Origin: Treponemataceae bacterium
Lineage (GTDB): Bacteria; Spirochaetota; Spirochaetia; Treponematales; Rectinemataceae
DNA: 64,000 nucleotides
Assembly: GCA_963678065.2 (NCBI GenBank)
Contig: CAXXVZ010000003.1
Location: 224,001 to 288,000, forward strand
Reading direction: 5' to 3'
The notes below the pieces were generated by a model. It was not told where the DNA came from. It saw only the letters and a program-made list of their open reading frames with translations, and made no database searches. Shown here piece by piece: positions 57,789 through 64,000 of the stretch. The position numbers and the translations under genes are program-made. Position 1 is the first letter of the stretch; the number at the start of each line of letters is the position of its first letter.

Positions 57789-58931
57789 ATGAATATGCTG
57801 AAACTCATGACTATTGTAGGGACACGCCCGGAAATTATCAAAATGTCCGAGATTATTAAAAAGTGCGACAAATATTTCGATCATGTACTGGTTCATACCG
57901 GCCAAAATTATGATTATACACTTAATAAAATATTCTTTGAGGATCTTGGTTTACGTGAACCGGACTACTATCTAGAAGTTGTAGGTGATAATCTCGGACA
58001 AACAATGGGAAATGTAATTTCCAAGTCCTATGAACTAATGCAGAGAGTAAAGCCAGATGCACTTATTGTGTTGGGTGACACAAATTCCTGTCTCTGTGTA
58101 ATCTCAGCAAAGCGGCTAAAAATACCAGTATTTCATATGGAGGCGGGCAACCGCTGTAAAGATGAAAACCTTCCAGAAGAAGTAATAAGGCGTATTGTCG
58201 ATGTGACAAGCGATGTAAACCTTTGCTATTCAGAGCATGCTCGCCGATATATTCTAAATACTGGTGTCAGATCGGAGTACACGTTTGTCGTGGGGTCTCC
58301 GATGGCAGAAGTGTTTTCTGCAAATATTGAAAGAATCAAAAGTAGTTGTGTACTTGAACAATTGAAATTGAGGCAACGTAAGTATATTCTGCTTTCTGCT
58401 CATAGGGAAGAGAATATTGATATAGAGCAAAATTTTCTAGCGTTGATGAATGCAATCAATGCTATGGCTGAGAAGTATGATATGCCGATCCTCTATTCCT
58501 GCCATCCTCGGAGCGCCAAGTTTATCGAAAGTCGCGGTTTTGTCTTTGATAAACGGGTAGCTAAACATAAGCCACTAGCTTTCAGCGATTACAACAACCT
58601 GCAGTACAATGCCTTCGCCGTGGTGTCGGATAGCGGGACCCTGCCGGAAGAAAGCACCTACTTCAACTCGATTGGCTTGCCTTTCCCGGCGGTGTGCATC
58701 CGTACTTCCACGGAACGCCCGGAGGCGCTGGATAAGGGAAATTTTGTCATCGCGGGCATCACGACGGAGCACGTGTTGCAGGCCGTCGATCTCGCTGTCG
58801 ATATGGTGAGAAATGGAGACCTTGGAAGCTCTGTGCCCGATTACGCGGATACTAACGTGAGCGCTAAGGTGATAAAGATCATCCAGAGCTACACCAGTAT
58901 CGTGGACAGAATGGTGTGGCGCAAGTATTGA
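57789..58931 (+). CDS. UDP-2-acetamido-2,6-dideoxy-L-hexose 2-epimerase (FnlC/QnlB type)
   Basis: GTRPEIIK, HTGQNYD, LGDTNS, HMEAGNRC, SAHREEN, DSGTLPEE, TERPE. Confidence 0.88.
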   Translation: MNMLKLMTIVGTRPEIIKMSEIIKKCDKYFDHVLVHTGQNYDYTLNKIFFEDLGLREPDYYLEVVGDNLGQTMGNVISKSYELMQRVKPDALIVLGDTNSCLCVISAKRLKIPVFHMEAGNRCKDENLPEEVIRRIVDVTSDVNLCYSEHARRYILNTGVRSEYTFVVGSPMAEVFSANIERIKSSCVLEQLKLRQRKYILLSAHREENIDIEQNFLALMNAINAMAEKYDMPILYSCHPRSAKFIESRGFVFDKRVAKHKPLAFSDYNNLQYNAFAVVSDSGTLPEESTYFNSIGLPFPAVCIRTSTERPEALDKGNFVIAGITTEHVLQAVDLAVDMVRNGDLGSSVPDYADTNVSAKVIKIIQSYTSIVDRMVWRKY

Positions 58932-59054
58932 TATGCTGAGCCCAACGGTGGGTGATGTCGTTACCACCATGCTACCAGATTTGGACCCCTTGTTCGTGGA
59001 CAGGAACCGGCACGTTCTCGTCGGCGATTTGGGGGTGCGGACAATGCCGAGAAC

Positions 59055-59342
59055 GTGGCGGATAGATCCTGGTACCAGATTGAAAAAGTGTTGGCCGATG
59101 TCACCGCGAGACGTATTGAGAGCGAGAAAGTAAATCTTTGGTACAGCTCCGATATTTCCGACGAAGCGAAAGATCTTTTCAAGAAACTGAATATTGCCGT
59201 GCCCAAGAAAGTTCTTGCGACGGTTATAAGAGAATTTGCTGCGGTATAATAGTTTTCAGCAGTTTTCGTATAACCCATATCCAGAATATGGTTTTAGCTG
59301 GCTTTTCTATACCGCGCACTGTACAACGTCAGTTCAAGACAG
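59055..59342 (+). pseudogene. transposase C-terminal remnant (IS1634-like)
   Basis: RSWYQIEKVL...SDEAKDLFKKLNIAVPKK tail typical of IS1634/IS4-like transposases; no start and no clear ends. Confidence 0.45.
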
Positions 59343-59391
59343 GGATAATTGAACGCTTACTTTTTTCGAATACAACATATGGAGGTTAAGC

Positions 59392-60060
59392 ATGCAGAAT
59401 ATAGTATCTATTAATACACGATTAGCCACAATGTCTGATGTTGATGCGCTTACTAGACTCCATCTAGCTTCATTTTCTTCGGATGAGCATATTGGAACGT
59501 TAATTGGACCTAGATTTGTTAAAGCATCTTATAAATGGCATGTAACTGATAAAAAGGCTTATGTAATTGTTTCTGAATCGGACGGAACCTTATTAGGTTT
59601 CCTTGGCATGTGTGATGGGCCATTTACTATGCGTATGTTGAGAGGAAGCTTCTCGAAATTTATTCTTTCTCTTTTATTGAATCCTCATTTACTGATTGAT
59701 TATCGATTATGGGCACGATTGAAAAAGGAAAAACAAAGCATTAAATGGCTAAAAGATTTTTGTGAAGCTCCTGGTGTTGCGCAGATGACAATTGGTGCAG
59801 TGGATGCCAATGCTCGTGGCCATAATGTTTTCCCGGCTTTGATTAAAGCCTGTGAAGAAATAAGTAAAAAAAGAGATATAGCGGCTATAAGAGCTGGGGT
59901 ATATAGAGTCAATATATCCTGTCAGCGCGCATTTTTAAAAAGTGGATGGATTGAAGTATCAGAACTTGGCTCTGTTGAAACAGTTTTTTTTGTTTATATT
60001 CTAGATCCTGAATTATTAATAAAATTTCCACAGCTTAAGCTTGTTACGAAAAATAAATAG
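59392..60060 (+). CDS. GNAT-family N-acetyltransferase
   Basis: RLATMSDV..LH, AVDANARGHN, N...AFLKSGW; GGAGG RBS. Confidence 0.8.
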   Translation: MQNIVSINTRLATMSDVDALTRLHLASFSSDEHIGTLIGPRFVKASYKWHVTDKKAYVIVSESDGTLLGFLGMCDGPFTMRMLRGSFSKFILSLLLNPHLLIDYRLWARLKKEKQSIKWLKDFCEAPGVAQMTIGAVDANARGHNVFPALIKACEEISKKRDIAAIRAGVYRVNISCQRAFLKSGWIEVSELGSVETVFFVYILDPELLIKFPQLKLVTKNK

Positions 60061-60142
60061 TATAAATATAGTGAATGCGATAAATGTTTGCATGCTAAAA
60101 TGAGGCAGCAATTTAAAAGTGTTTAGCAAGAGGAGGAAGATA

Positions 60143-61291
60143 ATGAGTATAGAGATAACATGGAAAGTACAGCTTTTCAAACTCAATTACAATGAACGCG
60201 AATACAACGCTGTTATGGACACCCTTAAGTCGGGATGGATCACGATGGGCCAGAGGACCTTGGATTTCGAGGAGGCCTATGCCAAGGAACTCGGCGAGGG
60301 TTCGAAGTGTGTGGCGGTTTCGAATGGGACGGCGGCGTTGCATATCGCGGTGCTGGCATGCGGGGTGAGGCCTGGGGATGAGGTGATCGTGCCCTCGCTC
60401 ACGTTCATCGCTGATCTAAATTCGGTGAGGGTGTCGGGCGGCGAGGTGGTGATTGGGGATGTGACGTCGCTCGAGGATTGGGCGATGGATCCCGCCGATA
60501 TCGAGGCTAAGATTACGCCCAAGACGAAGGCGGTGATGATCGTGCACTACGCGGGCTATGCCTGCGACATGGATGCGATCGTCGATATCTGCAGGCGGCA
60601 CAATCTTAAGCTCATTGAAGACTGCGCGCATTCGAATGGCGGATCCTATAAAGGCAGGAAGCTTGGTACCTTCGGCGATATTTCGGCCTGGAGTTTCTTT
60701 TCCAACAAGAATCTGGCGGTGGGCGAGGGCGGTATGGTCGCCATGCGGGATCCGGAGTTGTTTCAGAAGTGCAAGAATTTGCGTTCCCACGGGATGACTG
60801 TCGCCAGTTTCGATAGGATGAAAGGCCGTGCGGCTACCTACGATGTCGTGGAGCCAGGGTTCAATTATCGCATTGACGAAGTCCGCGCCGCTTTAGGGCT
60901 TGTGCAGCTCGCTAAATTGCCCGAGGCAAATGCCGCCCGCTCGACGCTTGTGGCGCGTTATTTTTCCAGGCTGGACGCGATGAAAGATTTCTTGAGCGTT
61001 CCGTTTCGCCATTACGATAGGGGAACTCCTACCTACCATATCATGCCGGTTCTTCTTTCCAAGGAAATCGATAGGGCCACGCTCATCGAGCGGATGAAGG
61101 AGGATGGCATCCAGACTTCCATTCACTATCCTTCAATACAGAGCTTCACCGCGTACAAGGATAGGGTTGGTCCAACCCCCAAGAGCCAGTACATCAGCGC
61201 CAACGAACTCACGCTTCCCCTCTATCCCACGATGACACTTGCCGAGGTGGATCTCGTCTGCGATTCCCTCGAGTTAAATTTGGGGGTCTGA
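60143..61291 (+). CDS. DegT/DnrJ/EryC1/StrS sugar aminotransferase
   Basis: SNGTAALH, VHYAG, EDCAH, SFFSNKNLAVGEGG, GFNYR, LPLYP; AGGAGG RBS. Confidence 0.95.
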   Translation: MSIEITWKVQLFKLNYNEREYNAVMDTLKSGWITMGQRTLDFEEAYAKELGEGSKCVAVSNGTAALHIAVLACGVRPGDEVIVPSLTFIADLNSVRVSGGEVVIGDVTSLEDWAMDPADIEAKITPKTKAVMIVHYAGYACDMDAIVDICRRHNLKLIEDCAHSNGGSYKGRKLGTFGDISAWSFFSNKNLAVGEGGMVAMRDPELFQKCKNLRSHGMTVASFDRMKGRAATYDVVEPGFNYRIDEVRAALGLVQLAKLPEANAARSTLVARYFSRLDAMKDFLSVPFRHYDRGTPTYHIMPVLLSKEIDRATLIERMKEDGIQTSIHYPSIQSFTAYKDRVGPTPKSQYISANELTLPLYPTMTLAEVDLVCDSLELNLGV

Positions 61292-61297
61292 CCCTAT

Positions 61298-61350
61298 TGT
61301 CAACGCCGACGAGAAATTGCCTTTCCGGCAATTTATCATCGGCGACGACA
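61298..61350. mobile_element. 53-bp minimal MITE (IS21-type ends) with 5-bp TSD
   Basis: CCTAT|TGTCAACGCCGACGAGAAATTGCC-TTTCC-GGCAATTTATCATCGGCGACGACA|CCTAT. Confidence 0.85.
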
Positions 61351-61370
61351 CCTATTTATCCGGAGTATTC

Positions 61371-62561
61371 ATGGATTTTGTACTTGACCTTATTGGTAGG
61401 AAAAACGAGCTTTTCGCCGCCGACCTGGTTGCCCGCGAGGGCGATCTGTCCCGCCTCGTCAAGGCGTCGCGTTTCCTTGTTATCGGCGGCGCTGGCTCCA
61501 TTGGGCAGGCGGTCACGCGGGAGATTTTCAGGCGCGATCCGAAGTTGCTCCATGTGGTGGATATAAGCGAGAACAACATGGTCGAGCTGGTGCGCGATCT
61601 GCGCTCGTCCATCGGTTATTCTTCTGGCGAGTTCGCCACCTTCGCGATCGACGCGGGGAGCAGTATTTTCGACGCCTTTATCGAGAATGGTCCTGGCTAC
61701 GATTACCTGCTCAACCTTTCCGCCTTGAAGCATGTGCGTAGCGAGAAGGATCCGTATACCTTGATGCGCATGGTCGACGTCAATGTGTTCAACACCGATA
61801 AGACCATGCGGCAGGCCGCTGCGGCGGGCGCGAGGAAGTATTTCTGTGTGTCGACGGACAAGGCCGCGAATCCCGTGAATATGATGGGCGCTTCCAAGCG
61901 CATCATGGAGTATTTCCTGATGCGCCGGAGTCTTGAGCTGCCGGTTTCCACCGCCCGTTTCGCCAATGTGGCTTTTTCGGATGGGAGCCTTCTCTATGGC
62001 TTCAACAGGCGCTTGGAGAAGGAGCAGCCCATTTCCGCTCCCAATGATGTCAGGCGCTACTTTGTCACGCCCAAGGAATCCGGCGAGCTCTGTCTGATGT
62101 CCGCCCTCCTGGGTGAAAATCGCGATCTCTTCTTCCCCAAGCTCGACGCCCAGGCGAATCTCATAACGTTCTCACAGATCGCGGAGCGCTATCTTAGGCG
62201 CCGGGGCTATGAGCCGGTGGAGTGTTCGAGCGAGGACGAGGCCCGCGCCCGCGTGGGTGAATTGAAAGCGCAAGGCAAGTGGCCGGTTTTCTTTTTCGCG
62301 AGCGACACGACGGGCGAAAAGGACTTCGAGGAGTTCTTCACCGATAAGGAAAGCCTCGATATGGAGCGCTTCGAATCCATCGGCGTCATCAGGAATGAAC
62401 CGGCCTATGACGCTCCCGCTCTCAAACGGTTCGAGGCGGAAATACGCGCCATGCGCGGTCGAGGCCATTGGACGCGCGCCGAGCTCATCGATCTTTTCAA
62501 CGCCACCATCCCCGAATTCGCCCACAAAGAGACGGGAAAATTCCTCGACGGAAGGATGTGA
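61371..62561 (+). CDS. UDP-GlcNAc 4,6-dehydratase (short CapD/PglF/LegB type)
   Basis: GGAGSIG, LSALKHVRSE, STDKAANPVNMMGASK, RFANVAFSDGS. Confidence 0.9.
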   Translation: MDFVLDLIGRKNELFAADLVAREGDLSRLVKASRFLVIGGAGSIGQAVTREIFRRDPKLLHVVDISENNMVELVRDLRSSIGYSSGEFATFAIDAGSSIFDAFIENGPGYDYLLNLSALKHVRSEKDPYTLMRMVDVNVFNTDKTMRQAAAAGARKYFCVSTDKAANPVNMMGASKRIMEYFLMRRSLELPVSTARFANVAFSDGSLLYGFNRRLEKEQPISAPNDVRRYFVTPKESGELCLMSALLGENRDLFFPKLDAQANLITFSQIAERYLRRRGYEPVECSSEDEARARVGELKAQGKWPVFFFASDTTGEKDFEEFFTDKESLDMERFESIGVIRNEPAYDAPALKRFEAEIRAMRGRGHWTRAELIDLFNATIPEFAHKETGKFLDGRM

Positions 62562-62563
62562 GC

Positions 62564-63235
62564 ATGCTGATCCGGTTCTTCGACCTGTTGATTTCCTCCA
62601 TCGCTATGATAATTCTTTTTCCATTCATGCTGCCCATCATGATCGGGCTCAAGCTGACGGGGGAGCATTACATATTCTATCTGCAGCCGCGCGTCGGCCG
62701 AGGGGGGCGCGATTTCAATGTGATTAAGTTCGCCACGATGCTCAAGAATAGCCCAAACCTCCACGGGGGCGTCCTTACGCAAAAGGATGATCCGCGTATT
62801 CTTCCTATGGGGAAATTCCTCCGGAAGACAAAGATAAATGAACTGCCACAGCTCGCCAATATCTTCATCGGGCAAATGAGTTTCGTGGGGCCGCGTCCTC
62901 AGGCTCGGAGGCACTACGAGCTGTATTCCGCCGCTGTCAAGGCGAAGATCGATCTTGTGCTGCCAGGGTTGACCGGAATCGGTTCGGTCGTGTTCAGGGA
63001 CGAGGAATCCATCCTGGACGGCGTGCCCGGCGACCGGGATCATTTCCACGATACGGTCGTGGCACCCTACAAGGGAGAACTCGAAGTATGGTGGACTGAA
63101 AACCGCCGGCTGGGGAATTACTTTAAACTCATATTCCTCACGGCCTGGGCGCTGATTAGTCCCAGGACTAGCTTGTGGAAGAAATGGTTCAGGGCAATAC
63201 CCGAGCCACCGGCCGCGTTGGGGTGCTATCTGTAA
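62564..63235 (+). CDS. phosphoglycosyl (priming sugar) transferase, PglC-like
   Basis: KFATM, DDPRI, LRKTKINELPQL, SFVGPRP, PGLTG. Confidence 0.93.
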   Translation: MLIRFFDLLISSIAMIILFPFMLPIMIGLKLTGEHYIFYLQPRVGRGGRDFNVIKFATMLKNSPNLHGGVLTQKDDPRILPMGKFLRKTKINELPQLANIFIGQMSFVGPRPQARRHYELYSAAVKAKIDLVLPGLTGIGSVVFRDEESILDGVPGDRDHFHDTVVAPYKGELEVWWTENRRLGNYFKLIFLTAWALISPRTSLWKKWFRAIPEPPAALGCYL

Positions 63236-63338
63236 CGATAACTGATATCTCGATTAACTTCTTTGATACCTCAAACTCGGTAATCGCACTGGAAACGAAT
63301 CGCTTATCCCTTAAACCGCTTCCTTAGTTCAGGTATGT

Positions 63339-63917
63339 ATGACCACTACCGACACCGAATTGCAGCTTCTTGAAACCCTCGGTGAAGCTCAGAAATCCTC
63401 CCGATCAGTCTCCCAGCGCGACCTCGCGAAGCTGGCTGGCCTCTCTCTTGGCATGACCAATATGCTCGTCAAGAGATTCGTCTCACGGGGCTGGGTCAAA
63501 CTCGTCAGGGCTAGGGGGCGGGCCTGGGTATATGCCCTCACTCCCGAAGGTTTCGACGAGGTGGCGAGTCGAACTTTCGATTTCCTGCGCCGGACAGCAT
63601 CCACGGTCAAGGTCTATTATGACAGAATAGACTCCTTTGTTCTCGATGCAAAGGGGAAAGGCTACGATGGCATCGTTTACGACGCGCCTTTTGATATCGA
63701 ATTTATTTTTCGTTATTCTTGCCAGCGCCACGGTTTGTTTTTCTACATGGGCAATCCTGATATGCTTTACCCCGAGCTGAAAGGTGTCCGATATATCCAT
63801 GTAGGGGCCTGCGAGGGCCTTCCGGAAGGTGAGAAAACTTCCAGCCGAATAGCGGGGGAGGAAGATCTTCCTGTCTGCGTCGACGTCGATGTAGTCGGAA
63901 TTTTCGCACACCGCTGA
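63339..63917 (+). CDS. winged-HTH regulator, EPS-associated MarR type
   Basis: SQRDLAKLAGLSLGMTN..KRFVSRGWV..YALTPEG. Confidence 0.85.
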   Translation: MTTTDTELQLLETLGEAQKSSRSVSQRDLAKLAGLSLGMTNMLVKRFVSRGWVKLVRARGRAWVYALTPEGFDEVASRTFDFLRRTASTVKVYYDRIDSFVLDAKGKGYDGIVYDAPFDIEFIFRYSCQRHGLFFYMGNPDMLYPELKGVRYIHVGACEGLPEGEKTSSRIAGEEDLPVCVDVDVVGIFAHR

Positions 63918-64000
63918 GATTCATTCTGTAAACAGTTTTTGTTGGGGACCTTTGATTTTTCCTTTGATTTCCGGTATCCTGCCGGAAGGTGCAATATAAT

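Noticed and set aside
58933..59054. GC-rich fragment (LDPLFVDRNRHVLVGDLGVR) as a gene
   Set aside because: Looks like coding debris but is too short to assign and has no proper start or stop context
23520..60200. ops/JUMPstart element, CRISPR array, tRNA att site, integrase or intI gene in the island
   Set aside because: By eye I found no GGCGGTAG in a leader, no regularly spaced repeats, no tRNA and no tyrosine or serine recombinase ORF
60230..61000. C-rich to G-rich skew change across the island as a replication origin
   Set aside because: Skew on the left follows gene strand (codon-driven) and is mixed again after 62 kb; no dnaA or DnaA-box cluster

Overview
Window from a GC-rich bacterium, most likely a spirochaete of the Treponema/Rectinema type (inferred from the rsmI-flgM-trmH order, GerMN and FMN-binding proteins, and a Treponema-style attC). 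1-23.5 kb is core genome: PHP hydrolase, AI-2E transporter, rsmI, flgM, TrmH, a MalK-type ATPase, an unannotated 38-aa basic protein, MFS-galK, gamma-CA, a tandem FMN-binding protein, aminotransferase, EEP nuclease, ornithine decarboxylase, TPR, metallophosphoesterase, GerMN, a frameshifted Rpn gene and gcvT-H-PA-PB (gcvT apparently starts at CTG). About 23.5-60.2 kb is an AT-rich mosaic Wzx/Wzy surface-polysaccharide locus. It encodes ManNAcA and probably L-QuiNAc pathways plus many tailoring enzymes, including a coupled GT/methyltransferase/B12-radical-SAM/deacetylase/phosphoglycosyl-transferase module. It is packed with IS elements of eight families, including an ISL3 holding an IS21 and an IS1634. 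GC-rich DegT, dehydratase, PglC-like and MarR-EPS genes close the window. The most notable hidden features are a decayed integron cassette array fragment (degenerate attC at 42143-42250), a 53-bp minimal IS21-type MITE with a 5-bp TSD whose left arm recurs 27 kb away, a 98-bp TA-duplicating MITE, inverted IS3 copies bracketing wzx-GT-GT-wzy, and a perfect 37-bp palindrome at the island's left edge. All calls come from reading the sequence and recalled family motifs; no searches were run.
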